A stretch of DNA of 64,000 bases, taken from the NCBI GenBank assembly GCA_965153285.1, contig OZ229114.1. One strand, 5' to 3'. The notes beneath the pieces are model-generated. The model saw nothing but the letters and a program-made list of their open reading frames with translations. It was not told where the DNA came from and ran no database searches. This document shows positions 1-13,400 of this stretch, in pieces. Numbering within the stretch: position 1 is the stretch's first letter; each line of letters starts with the position of its first letter. The DNA is from Podarcis tiliguerta. Its lineage: Eukaryota. Made by a program: the position numbers and the translations under genes.

Positions 1-1746
1 AGACGAAGGGAGCAGCAGGCTTGGAAGCAAACCCAAGGTTTGCAAAAGTACAAAAAGATTTCCCTAGGGGAAGATCTTAAAAGGAAAACCCCACCACTAC
101 CAAAACCATCTAGTTAGTACTGTCCATAGTCGGTGGCCTCAGGATGCTGAATGTCCATTGGTGGAATGGCAACTGGGAGCAGTATGGAATGGTGTTCCTG
201 GAAGAGGGCTTGGCTGGCAGACTCTAACCTTGAAAAGAAGTGCACTACATGACAACATTTTGTTGCAGGCCCCACTGGTCTAAGCAGATGGCCATCCCTG
301 CATCTTGTTGCTGTGAATCTTATGTTAATAATTCACTTTGTGAAGGAATGCCTACTTTTGCCTGTGTTAACCCTGCCAATGAATCAATTTCATTGCCTGA
401 CCCTGCGTTTTAATACTATGAAAGAAGCATGTTCCCTCCTATTCCATAATCTGCAGTTTGGGCATGCATCTAGATGAAATAGCCTGACAGTGTACACTGT
501 ACATGAGTAGCTCATTAAAAACCACTGCCATATCCCTTAAAAGGAAGGAGTAAACTCACAGGCAACTCGCATAATAAACAGAGTCGAGCTGCCTTCCACG
601 TCCCTCCCTCCCTCCCAAAGAAACATCCCATTTGTCAAGCTGTCATGTGAGCCTACAAGGATGCCTTGTGACTAAATTTGTGAAATACCACAGAACATTA
701 CCAAGAAAGCACTTGTGCATAGAATTGCCGTGTCTCATTTCTCAATTATATGTCAATTAGATGCTGTACATTTTGTCTCTCGTCCCCATTCACATGAGTC
801 ACTTCAAACATTTAAATGACAAACACTGGCCTGAACTGTGGGAGGGATATGCTGCTGTTTACTATTAGGGACATTCCGCCTTCTAAGTCGTAAACAGCTG
901 TGCAGGATTCTGTCCTAGCATATGAGCTGGCAGGAGTTTTCTTCTTTCTTGGTGTCAGGGTGATGTTGGAATTAACTTAGACAAGTCCCCAACTGGCTTG
1001 CTAAATATTGCTTTTTGGGGGGTGGGGAGGGGGAAAGCTTCCTTAAAAGGGAACATAATGTTTGGCTGATGCTTTATATAGCAGAGCTGGCTCACACTGA
1101 ATTAATGTCCCATGTGAAATTTAATGTTGCTCCCCCAGCTCACATCATGTTGTGGTATTGCCTCCTCAAGGTTGTCCCAAAAGTAGTTCCATCCCCCTCT
1201 TTTTTATATAAGTAAATTGTGTGAAGGGAAGGACCTGAAATGGGAGCAGTTATGAGAGTTTCAATACCCTTGTTCTAGCCCCTATTGTCCTAAGAGGTGT
1301 GAGGCATTTGTGTTACACCATTCAGGGTTTGTTTTGGGTTTCACAGTAGCCCCCTAGATTTGGATAAGCCAGGCAGCTGCATGTCCTTCATATTGTGTTG
1401 AGCTGCCAGGAATGCGGGGAGTGGAAGAGGGTTAACAGTAGAAAGCAACAATTATTTTAGTGTTAGTATTAATGATGAAGTGAGGTTGACTCATCACCTT
1501 GGACCTTACAATGAACATCCATGAATTTTCATCAGGTAGTGGGAGGTTCATGAACTGTTTGCTTGCATATGCATCAAAGGGCAGTAAGGAGTCATGCATG
1601 CCCATTACAAAGTTTGCTGAAGCTCCATGGCTGGTGGAATTTTTCATGTGCCATATAGACATTACATATGCATGGTAGAATTCTGAGTGATGGCATACAG
1701 GAGCTCTAGCAGTACTTAACAGTGATGTGTTATAACTTAGTTAACC

Positions 1747-1764
1747 TAACCCTAACCCTAACCC
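1747..1764 (-). repeat. Short interstitial telomere-like repeat (TAACCC)3 / (TTAGGG)n on minus
   Basis: ttaacctaaccctaaccctaacccc. Confidence 0.6.
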
Positions 1765-4003
1765 CAAATATTGCAGGATATCTACATTTTAGTGCAATTA
1801 AGGGAGACTTTGTGGTTTATGATGTGCCTGGCAGTGACTGGTTTAGTTGCTCTAATGTCACAGAAAGCAGAAATGTCTCTGACTGCCATTGGCTCAGCAG
1901 CTCAGAGCTCAGAAACAAGCATGGCAGGCATCAGGAAAGGCGATATGGAAGAAACGGGGGGTTTGGAAAGGAAAGGTCCTGAGAAAGCAGTGCCAATCCA
2001 TCAAAGAAAGTAGGGTCCAGAGAATGGAGGGAAAGCAAAGGCTGGGGCGGGGGGGGGGGGGCGGGGAGAGAGACTGCAAAGAAAAGAAAACTAAGATGGC
2101 AAAATTGCTCATGACCAGGAAATGCAAAGGTGAAGAATTGCATATTAACTAGCAATAAAGAGCCCTATCTTTGGCTATAGGCATCGAGTATTCACATATT
2201 TCAGGAAACTAATTTTCTACTAGATCTCTTGCTCGTGGCAATAATACAGTCTCATGGACATGATACCATACATACCAGCCATGAAATGTTTACAAAGCCA
2301 CCCCAATATCCATGGCATGAAGGAAGCAGAGCAATGTCACCTGAGCCACTATTGAGGATTTCTCTTAGCAGCTACTCCTGATATAGCTTAGCAACCTTGA
2401 AAATTCAGGCTAGTAAACACGAGATACTGAGAAAGCATATGGAGGGCTGATGCATAATCACTCTGACATTCACGTTTCATGATCTAAGCACACCATGGCA
2501 ACTTGATTGTTTTCGCCTCCCATGTAAATTTGCTTTGCAGCCACACATATTTGTAGTTGTTGACTATCGCATACTTCAGTCTGATAGCTAGGAGAAGAGC
2601 TGGATGTGGGGGAGCTCTGATCTCTGCCAATAACCGAGGATAGCAGGTATACTATTTTTCCCTGAAGCAAGACAGAAACACAAGACTCTGTCTGGTTGTG
2701 TTTGCACTCACCAGTATGTTGTTAAGCCAAGCAGGCAGTCTGTTTCTGTCCCAGGATAAGACCTGGTTCCTGCCACCTCCCTCTGACCATGCTTAAAGAA
2801 AGCTGCCAGACTCAGAGACTCGGTTTAACCAACTGCTCCCTTTCCCAACTGTCCCTATAGTCCACACACCTCTGAAAGCATCACCCCAGCAACACGTTCT
2901 TCAGTGTTCCAGAAGCCAACTGCCTCCCCAGATTGCCTGCTCTTTGGCAGATGTTGTGTCAGCAGACACATCTTCAGACACTTCTAGAAGTGTTTGTGTA
3001 TGAGAGGGCAGGGCAAATGAGATGAACTGCTGTCAAGATCTAAACCAGATCAAGCAGAACAGCCATGCTTGAATCGGTTTTCTGCTAAGCAGCCATCTAA
3101 ACAGGTCAGGCAGAATTGCTTTGTTCCACCTTGGGAAGCTCCTCATGTCATGTGGATATTTCCTGCCCTGTCAAGATCCGTTGAAGAGACTTCACTACAC
3201 ATGCCCTATCCTTGGGATGCTTGAACATCAATGGACTTGGAAGAGCAGTGTCATTTCTCTGCAGAATTCTCCCCCCAAGTGAGGTACACTGTTTGAAGTC
3301 TTAACTTACAAAGCTTAAACCCAGGAGTGAGGAGCTTCCAGATTTGCTGGACGAAGAGCCCACCAACCATGACCACTGATCACTTGGGCTGAGGCTATTG
3401 AGGATTAAGTTGAACAACCCTTGGAAGGGTACAGGTCCCCAACTCCTTTTGTGAGGCAACTCACTTCCACCATGTGTTCAATTTGTGGGTTTTTCATTGG
3501 AATGTTTTAATTGTGAATCTTAAGCTTCTCTTTTAATAGTTACTTGTTTTCATAAGAATCCTTATGAACAATTTTTAAGACTGATTGTTTGGTTTACTCC
3601 TTTGTAAGAATGTGTCCTCGAGGTTGTCTTCAAACACTCTTATTGTGAGACACAAATGTCATCCTGCGAGCCAGTGCACAATGTAGACCTATCAATGCGT
3701 ATTTAATTTAACAACAAAGCCAGACCAAAGGCTTCGTGCACACTTGGGCACGTTGGGACTGCAAATTCCTCTTCCAAAGTTCATGCTATGTTATGTGCAG
3801 TACAAAAAAGCAGTCTGACCCTATGAAGAGCTGGCCAGAGGTCTAAGCCGAATAATTGTAGTGGACTTAAGCATGCCTAATGTTGCACGGGATCAGGCTA
3901 ATATTTATTCAAAACATGGGAAAGCACCAATGAGACATATGAAAAAGCCGCTGTATATGGCTCACATCGCTTCCATTTTCTCCCTCCACTTTTGCAGGAA
4001 ACT

Positions 4004-4177
4004 ATGCCCCAGACACCAATATTTTCCAGCATGCTTGGTTCCGGATGTAGTGGGCAGGTGCAGCCAGATACAGGAGAGAGGAGTGGAGATCCTGTTTATC
4101 AAGATGGGAGTCTCATCTCTGGATCACTAGAGGCCCTGATTGAGCGCCTAGTACCCACCACAGACTATTATCCAGAT
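4004..4177 (+). CDS. RASGEF1A: RASGEF1A first in-window coding exon (exon starts 3998; MPQTPIFSSMLG...LVPTTDYYPD)
   Basis: Acceptor ttttgcag|gaa at 3997/3998, ATG 4004, donor gat|gtaagt at 4177. Peptide matches the RasGEF1A N-terminus and start of the REM domain (LISGSLEALIERLVPT.DYYPD). 174 nt, phase 0. Confidence 0.95.
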
Positions 4178-5138
4178 GTAAGTAAATGGTTGGAGTTTTC
4201 CTTATTTTTTGTCACCGTTTTCATGGCCTGGGGACTTGAGGGTATGCAGAGCTGCTGGAGGAGAACTCAATTCATCCTTGGTGTTTATAAGTTTATAACA
4301 CTTTCCTAGGATTTTTAGTTAGCAATTGGTTGGTTGGTTGAAGCAGCTTTCCCCATGGAAACATGATGAGCGTATTTGCACAATACAGTTAAATTTCTTA
4401 AAAAGTTATTTTCTCTCCCTAAGGAGCTTTGTGATCTGTAGTTTGGGGGGAGGAGGGGGGAGGGGGGAATCTCCTCCCTCTGACCAGAGGCTGTTCTCAG
4501 CATTATCCAGCTAAGGATCCTGGTGGAGAAAGCCATGTAAAAAAAAGATGAACTTCTTGTATAAAATCAGTAGAACTTTGCTGTGCAGATATGGCCTAGA
4601 TACTTTTGTTTGGTTGTTGAACAGCCAGCTTTCTCACTTTGCTGGTCAGATCTTTGTTAGTATACGCTGCATTTTGAATTTTCAAGCTTTTATTATTTGG
4701 ATTTGGACTGGGGACACCTCGGCTCAAAGCTCACTTGGTAGCCTTAGGCTAGTCACTCTCTCTTTGTTAACCGGCTTCGTAGGGTTATTTTGAGGAGAAA
4801 CTATACCACCCTGAGTTACTTGGATTAGAAGAAATTCATGAAACTAAATATAAATAGCAAAACAAATGCAGATTTGCTGCATCCAGTGTTTTAAAAATGC
4901 ACTTTCTGAGTATACACCTTCGTAAATTCCTTAAGACAGCATGCTGATTGCCAGACCTCAGGGAAATGACTTGATCATGCCATTTCAACAATGAGGGGCT
5001 TATCTCCCACAAAAATTAAGTGAATAAATTTTCATCTGAGGTGTGTTAGAAAGTATCCAGCCTTAAACTGGGATGACATTTGGCAGTGGCTTAAGCCTCT
5101 TGGTTTGCATACTGCTGTGACTGTTGAGTATTTAAGTA

Positions 5139-5390
5139 CAGTCATAAATTGGTTTTCGAATGCCTTGTGACTCGAACGTTTTGGCTCCCAAACACCGCAA
5201 ACCCGGAGGTGAGTGTTCCGGTATGCAAACTTTTTTTGGAAGCCGAATGTCCGCCGTGGCTTCCGTGGCTTTTGATTGAGTGCGGGAAGCTCCTGCAGCC
5301 AATCAGAAGCTGCGCCTTGGGTTTTCGAACATTTTCGGAAGTTGAACAAACCTCCGGAATGGATTCCATTCGAGAACCAAGGTACGACTG
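5139..5390. mobile_element. Tc1/mariner (pogo/Tigger-like) MITE
   Basis: TA at 5137-38 and 5391-92; imperfect ~22 bp TIRs cagtcataaattggttttcgaa / ttcgagaaccaaggtacgactg. Confidence 0.8.
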
Positions 5391-6353
5391 TACATGCATG
5401 CCGAGAGTGGGACAAAATGAAATGTCAAGTAACATGAGTATTGTTATATCTCAGAGGCCCCTGATTTCAGTGGCAAGCTGCATCATCACCTTTTAAAACA
5501 ATCTCTTCATATTCTCCTCCTGCTGCTCCCACAGTCAAATCTGCCAATTCATGTACCTCTTGAAGGAGGAGAATGTCTGATATACTCAACTTGATAAAAA
5601 GTTATTGAGTCCTGCCAGCCTATTCAACCAGTTATGCTGACCTGTAATTGCATTGCACCTAGTAGACAGGCTGTTCCCATGTATGTGTAAACCCTGGAAG
5701 GTTGCTTCTAAATAGCTTGCTCTATTCTTTCCTGACGTTTTAAATGCATACAGCACAACATGAATGTTTGATCTTTCCTTTATGATGCTGCGGGGGGGGG
5801 GGGCATATTTATACTTCTATGTATCTATGAATTAGGGGCAAACTCTGAAGGTTGAAGGATTCCAAATATTAACACCAGCTTAAAAACAAACAAACCAAAA
5901 ACTTGTCACATTTAAATTGGGACCAGCTTGAAACTGCATTTTTCTCCTCCTCCTGGCACTAGCCAGCCGTCCCCTGCTGGTTTCCCCTTTTTCCAAACAA
6001 AAAGTAATAGTTATTTTGGGGAAGAGAAGGGATAACCAGATGTGTGGTCTGTCCTTAGCTGGAAATTATGCCCTCCCACCCGAGTACATGTAGGAGTTTT
6101 CTATGCCTCCTGAATTGAATCAGGAGACAGAGAAAAGCATAATCACCGTGGTCTTTGGCTATCATTTTCTGCCAAGGACTGCGAGATTTGCAGTTTTATC
6201 TTTCAAATCAATTCAAGAAGAAGGGGGAATTGCACAATCTGCAACAAGAAAATACAATATTTCAATAGTGGCCCCCATATATTACATGATCCTTGCCTTT
6301 TGGTGCCATTATCCAGGTTATACCCAAGATTGGTGTGCCATTCCTGCCCCATT

Positions 6354-6500
6354 TCATAGAATCATGGAGTTAGAAATGAGACTGAGGATCATCTAGTCCA
6401 GCCCCCTGTAATGCGAGAATAGGCAGCTGTCGCTTACGAGGATCGAACCTGCAACCTTGGCATTATCAGCACCACACTCTAACCAAGGGAGCTACCCAGC
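6354..6500 (-). mobile_element. tRNA-Ile-derived SINE with CR1-type 3' tail
   Basis: Minus strand reads gctgggtagctccc-ttggttagagtgtggtgctgataatgccaaggttgcaggttcgatcc (tRNA-Ile-like, A/B boxes), then ggactagatgatc...ctccatgattctatga (CR1 tail). Confidence 0.75.
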
Positions 6501-7723
6501 TGTCTCCTTACACTACTGACATAATTAACAATTGAAACAGTTGTTTTTATGCAGTCTTTGCACAGTTTAAATTCTGGGGCCATGTTAGCACACCGTTATA
6601 ACGACCAGCTACTTCCTCACCGTTCCCAAGCAGAAATTGTCCCACGCCCATGTCTCCAACTGGATACAAATTCCAGAAAGGCACAAAAAGATCATTTGGA
6701 GCATAACAAGTTTTTTCCCCATCTTCTTCCGGCCATGCTGTAGGGTAACAAGAAAACTGCAAGGGTGGTTTGTGAGGGGGGGGGAGGAGAGAGAAGAGGT
6801 ACACACAGTTCCATAGAGGATTCTGTGCATATAGGGCTTCATTTGCCTAGTACCCAGGAAAATATGCGTACTCGCAAGACTTCAGCTTTCTGGAGGTTAG
6901 GAATGGAATGTCCTTAGCTGCAACCCTTGATGCCCATTGCAAGCAAACATTTCAGAAAAATATTCGGACAAAACATTCTGGATTGAACAGAATGAGCTGA
7001 AGGGGAAAATATTTTTCTTCTTCTTCCTGAGAAGTTATCACTGCATTCTTGGTCCTGAAGTAACAGTTACTATTTTAGTCTTCCCTTTTACATGTTCTCT
7101 TCCTGTTCTCCTCCACCCCTCCTTCAATTAAGCGTGTCTCTTAGCAACAAGTGTAGGAGCTATAGGAATCCACTTCGACCTTTTCAGTTTCAAGGCCCCA
7201 ATCCTTCTTTTGTATCATCTTAAATTGGACCAAGGGTTCATGGGGTTTTCCCCTTCTCCCAAATTCTCCCCAGCTGCTGGAAACTAAATGGTGTGTAATT
7301 TTCAACCCCAAAGATTCCACAGCCTCATTTTGTTTGCACAACCATGGTGGCACAGAAAAAATATCATGATAGTTGCATGTGCCCTCCATGCATGTTGGTG
7401 CTGCATCTGAATAGTCCCTAGAGGAGTGGCTGGGGCTACCATCTAGCATTAACTGGGTCCTGTGTGTAAAAATTGGAACATTTGTCCGGCATCTGCCCAG
7501 GATGATGTTTTGGTTGACACTGATAGTTGTCAGTGGTTGGTGAATGTTTGGAATGGTTTCATCTGTGTAAAACTCCCCGCACATAGAAAACAAGCCTTTT
7601 TGGCGGGGCAGGGTGGGGAAGTTGAGCTATCTCTCTGACTTTCAGCATTTCTGCATGCATGCATGGTTTTTTTGGCTTTTCATACGAGACAACAATTCTG
7701 CCTTACAGCCTGGGACCTGCAAC

Positions 7724-8024
7724 CAGTGGCGTAGCGTGGGGGGTGCAGGGGGGGCCGGCCGCACCAGGCGCAACAGCTCGCACTCTCAGCTCTCTGCCCC
7801 TACCTAGCTCACTCACTCTCTCTCCCTGCAGTGCTGGCTGTGTGAATCCAATCCGAGCCGCCGGGTCACCGCCCACTGTGGAGGGGAGGGTGCCAGGCGT
7901 GCGGTGCGGTGCGGAGAGAGAGTGAGGGACTATCTGGGGGAGGGACAGTGCAGCGGGGGGGGGGGTTAGGGGGCGCAAATTACTTGCCTTGCCCTGGGTG
8001 CTGACAACCCATGCTACGCCACTG
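7724..8024. mobile_element. Non-autonomous hAT MITE, copy A
   Basis: TIRs CAGTGGCGTAGCGTGGG / CCCATGCTACGCCACTG; perfect 8-bp TSD CCTGCAAC (7716-7723, 8025-8032). Confidence 0.9.
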
Positions 8025-10103
8025 CCTGCAACCTTTGTAAAGCCTCATTTAGCGTGCTTCAACACTGTTGCTATATTTGGGTGGGATTCAGGTTACGCTA
8101 TTAATGTTGACTTGGGGCTCCTGTGCAACAAACCTCTGTCCCCACCCCACCGATTGGATTTTAATGATAAGGAAAGTGGCAAGAAGCACTGGAAAGCTGG
8201 AATAAGATTTGCTTTGCTTAACCTCTTCACAAACAAATCAGAATGAATGCTCCATAAACAGCCAACGTCTAACATGACTGCAAACCTTGTGCAAACAAAT
8301 CAGGATGAATGCTCAATAATGAACAGGTCATCTGGATCCAACTTTCATTTCAGTCCTTTTCAGTCCTCCTCTTTCTAGAAGTCTATGAATCTATTTAAAA
8401 AGGAAACTGCTTCTTGATGCAACATAAGCAGTTTTGAGGGGGGACGGGACACTTTCAGCTGCAAATTCACTTGCAAACTTAATCGCTTCCCTCATTTTTT
8501 CCCATCCTAAGAATCAAATCAGTGTAGGTTGTTTTTAGAAGAGAGCCCAACTTGTTTTTCAGCTCTCACCCTTTCTAAGTTCATACATCATTACTCAAGA
8601 GCTGGCTCGAGTCTGTCCTTTTTAAGGAAAGCATACGCAGAGGAATGCAGTGCGTTAAGTGTTCTCTTGCTGTAATATGCATTTTGCAGTGTTTTTAAAA
8701 AATGACATTCAAATTACATTAATCACAGGCCACTAAAATAAGCTCATCAGCTGCTTCCCTCCAACTCACTGTGTGCAGACTTCCATCCAGAACAAATTGT
8801 TCACTCCTGAACCACTCTCACAAAAATGGAGTTGGCAGTAGGGCTGGGGACTCCATTCTGAAATGGATCTGGTCCCCAAACCAATTGTGGGGTGGGGGAG
8901 AAAGCCCTAATGTTTTGTTAAAGTTTTAAACCCTAACCAAAAGGGGGCAAGGGAGAAAGGAGGCACTTTGCCTGCCCCCTCTCCCTCCGACCCCACTGCA
9001 GGCTGTTGGGATGTTGTTTGCCAGCACATTCCCTGCAGGGAACATACTGGTGAAGGAGACCCCCGCAGCCAGCAGGACTGAGCCCTCTGCCCACTGGGAT
9101 TTAACCAAATCTGGTCACATTCCTAGTTTGCAGTGTCCACTCTAGGCTTGGCTGATGTATCAATACATCACCCTGGACCAGTATGAGCGCCAGAGCACGA
9201 TGGCTGCTTCACCAGGTGGTATTTCGTGGGTGAAGCATCTGCCACTCCTGAGTACCCCCTCTCCTATAAACACATTTTAACAAGGGTGTGGCGGGGGGTC
9301 TTTGGGATCAGGGCTTCTGTTGGGTGCAGACTGGGGGATTCAGATGTTGGTTTGGGCCCCCAGTTGCCTAACCCCCCCTGTAAAGGAATACTGGATTATC
9401 TAAGGGCAAAGTACCCTCCCACACCCTTATTACCCACACTTCCAGCATGTCTGTGTGCATCATTGGCATAATGAGTGATAGTGTATTTAGGGCCACCTCA
9501 CTGTAGACATTTAAAAGCCGTTACCGGGATTGCAAGTGGGCTGATTTTCTTATTTTACAGGGCTCTGGTACAGAACGTCTCAAATCACCTTCCCAGACAC
9601 TGTTGCCTGCCTACACATGGCAGTATATGAGATTGGGGTCAGGTAGGCACAGGTTTGGACACACTCCCACATGAATACAATCAAAGATGTTGTGAAAGCT
9701 AGACCCACCCACCCCTCAGTGTCTTAAATGGTTTCCCTGGTTTCCTTTTAACATATGGAAACCTATTCAAAACGTTAGGGACGCTGCGTGTGCCAACCTT
9801 TTCAGAGAAGTGTCTCACTCCAGACTGTGTGTGGGAGGGCTCAGCTGTAAAGTATTCCCCGCATAAAAGCCTCTCTGCACATTGAAAGTTAACACATTAA
9901 GGAAAAGACATTGAATTTTGGGGTGCTTTCCAGGCATTGCTCCCTACCAAGCATTCTGAGCAGGCAAAACTCCAGGAACAGATCGCACCCAATTTATATT
10001 TGGTATAATTGACTTTCTTTCAAGGAGCTCAGTGCGGAATTTCTGCTTCACAACAACAGTGCCAGGAAGGTTTCGCTAAGAGATATTGGACTTGCCCCTG
10101 CAC

Positions 10104-10474
10104 CAGTGGCGTAGCGTGGGTTGTCAGCACCCGGGGCAAGGCAAGTAATTTGCGCCCCCTAACCCGGGGCAAGGCAAGTAATTTGCGCCCCCTAACCTGG
10201 GGCAAGGCAAGTAATTTGCGCCCCCCCCCCGCTGCACTGTCCCTCCCCCAGATAGTCCCTCGCTCTCTCTCCGCACCGCACCGCACGCCTGGCACCCTCC
10301 CCTCCACAGTGGGCGGCGACCCGGCGGCTCGGATCGGATTCGCACAGCCAGCACTGCAGTGAGAGAGACTGAGTGAGCCAGGTAGGGGCAGAGAGCTGTG
10401 AGTGCAAGCGTGCCCCCCCCCAGATGTTGCGCCCGGTGCGGCCGACCCCCCTGCACCCCCATGCTACGCCACTG
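10104..10474. mobile_element. Non-autonomous hAT MITE, copy B (inverted relative to copy A; internal 33-bp unit x3)
   Basis: Same TIRs; perfect 8-bp TSD CCCTGCAC (10096-10103, 10475-10482); interior is the reverse complement of copy A. Confidence 0.9.
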
Positions 10475-13400
10475 CCCTGCACAACCCCACAAGTTTCAGA
10501 GCCAAATGGGAATTTGAACCTGAGTTTCTTGTATCTAACCCGACATTCTAGCTCATAAACTTGTGACTATTTGCATGGAGGCTGTTTCCCCCCCCCCCCC
10601 TGCAGAAGTGTTTAGTCCTGGTTTTCCCCAGGAATTTCCCCATCTTCTGAACACTGGAGAAATGCCACATAGGCCTCTGTAGCTTCTTGTTTTCCAAACC
10701 TTTTGTCCACGAGAAACAAAACACGTTGGTTTCAAATGCAGAACCACTCCCAGAGACAGTGAAACCTCTGGCCTACACAAACAGTAATTGAGGCTGAAAA
10801 ATTGTTACTAGACTAGACTTGTGCTATTTTAGACTGCAGGTGATAATATGGGATGGAGTATGTTTGAATGGTTTCTCCCACAACACACATACACACACAC
10901 TGCACACTAGACACTAACATGTAGAAGCAAAGGCTAGGCTAAAATCATTCTCCCAGATGTGCAAGATCTCTTGCGGCATTATGAAGAAAACAGTGCAAAC
11001 ATATGGCAGGAGAGCAGCAGGTGGAAGTATATTAGAACAGCGTACCCGCTTTGACCATTTTTCTCACCTAACAACTTGTGGAAGGTAACTCTCTGCAAGA
11101 AGGAGTCTTTTATATCAACGGAGGCCCCTTTCATTTCTTAGAATGGAATATTCCTTCCAAACCTAGTTGTGTTTGTTTGGGATTTATGTCTTCTGAATGT
11201 ACAGTGTAAAAAACAAATTAAAAACCCCACACACAATCTGATCTTTCTCTGCAAACAAGTTGGCTAATAATATAAACAAATTTTAAAAATGTAAAGGTAT
11301 TAAAATATTTTCATGATTCCCTAGTGAACCTGGGAGTCTGATGCCTTAGACAACCTTCTTGACTGTGATAAATGGAGAAATTGGTGGCCCTGTCGGTATT
11401 GAGAGCCTTTGTTATTCATGGCTCCCATCCCACAGCCTTTGAAAAGCCAGTATTCGGACTGGAGTTATCTCAGCTTTAGACAGCAATTTCCTGCTTTATG
11501 CAGACTGTTCAGAATAGAGTCCCAAACTAGAATTAGTGCAGGGGACTGAATTATAACATGCTGTCCTCAGAAGAATGTGGCCTAGCTTGTTGGAAGGAGG
11601 GTCACTGACAGGGCAGAGCTGCTTACATGTCAGATTCTTTGCACATGTAGCAAAAACTTCTGCATGAAATATGCCAACACCACTGTTACTGGTTTTCTCC
11701 AGTAGAGTGTGTGGGGAATTTATTCAGTTTTCCAAAATAAACCTCTTTCAGTTCTTCCTAACTTCAAGAGCTGGAATGGAGGTGGCACAAAGCAGCAGGC
11801 AATTGGCACGCTACCATGAAGGACTATAGCCACACCTGTCCATTTTCCCTTTCATTCCCTCCAACGTTTGACAGATGGAAACGAGGAACAGTCTTGCAGC
11901 ACCCTTATTTGCAGATCAAGGAAGAGCCTAAGGCTCTTTCCCCCACTCAGATTTTGCCGAAGACTTTCCATCACAATGTTGCATCCATTAACTCCATAGC
12001 AGCCTGCCTGTCTTGCCCTGGCTTCAGAAGCAGGATATAATAATAATAATTATAATTTATTGTTTATACCCCGCCTATCTGGCTGAGTTTCCCCGCCACT
12101 CTATAGCTAACCAACTACGACAATTTCCTCTTAAAAACAAACAAACGTGAGAATGTTTAATCGCTCAGCAAAACTGGTTGTGCTCATTGCATAATAGCAG
12201 CAAGAGGAAAGATGTTGATCTTTCAGTATCATAATATGTTGGTTTGGAGACAGGAGACGGGAGTGGAAATAACTGAGGCCCATGTATGTGCGGTTGCAAA
12301 CATGTGCTCTAGAATCAAAATGCATCTGCCCAAGCTCTTCCCAGCGCCACCTCAGGGTTTCAAGGGCAAAACATGGGAGATATAAACAGCCTCCTGATCG
12401 TTTGTTGCTGTTTACAGAGAAGCAGCCTTGGAAGCTGCAGTTGTGAGCTGAAGAGGGGGCAGCTTAACCTTTCCTGCTCAAAATCAGTCCCACACCAAGT
12501 TGTTGTCTTGCTCCCAGGGGGAAATATATGGAGTCCCCACATCTTTTCCTCTGCAGAAAGTAAAACAGTCCAGGGAGGTTATTTCTAAGCAACCAGCAGC
12601 AGGAGGGGAAAGGATTAAGTACCCCTGCTCCAGCCTTTCCTCTCAAACAGCTGCTCTTCAGTTTTGCATTAAAAGTCAGCAAACTGCTCACAATATTCTT
12701 GTGAAAGATTCAGTTTGGGTTTAAGTTGCAGGTGCCCAGGAGCAGGGTGGGAGACAGAGGGATGAAAGGCAAGGAACTCCAGTCAACATATATGTGCGCG
12801 AGTAACAACGTTTTAAATAAGCACCCCCAGCAGCTCCCTCAAAGACAATTGCGGACTATGGGTTGGTTCCAGACTGTTAGTTGAACCTAGGCCTCACTGG
12901 GACAGATTAGACAAGACGCGAGGCCCATTGGTTTCAGTGGGAACTAAGTTTGACTAACTTAGTGTGCGTTCCAACCCAATGTTTTACCAATGACAACCAT
13001 AACACAGATACCATCTCTGATAAATGCTTGTTGGAATCCTATGCCATCACAGAGAAAGTAAATCTACTCTATACAAGAGAAACAGGGAACCTCTGGCCCT
13101 CTTTGATGTTGCTGGACTTTTAGCTGCCTCATCCTTGATCTCTGGACACTCTGGCTGGGGTGATGAAGTCCAGCAACTTGGTTGCGGAGAACATGGAACA
13201 AGAACTCAACATGGGGGTGCTATCTTCAAGTTCATGTTCTGTAATGTTTGCTTCAATTTACATTGTGTCCTGACATCATTACAATGTGTGTGTTTTTGTC
13301 CCACCAAGCAATTACATAATGTGAGGGGGGGGGGGAATGCTTGTTGTAATGTCAGGGTAGGTGTTCACTTGAACTAGAAGCTTGGGGGACACAATTCAAA

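Noticed and set aside
190-210. gtg ttc ctg gaa as the upstream MFLEPQ-type first coding exon of RASGEF1A
   Set aside because: Only FLE matches, the following codons differ and no splice donor follows.
10009-10492. ORFs with repeated peptides (RGKASNLRPLT x3); possible CRISPR-like array
   Set aside because: They are translations of the 33-bp tandem unit inside a hAT MITE. There are no unique spacers and the DNA is eukaryotic.
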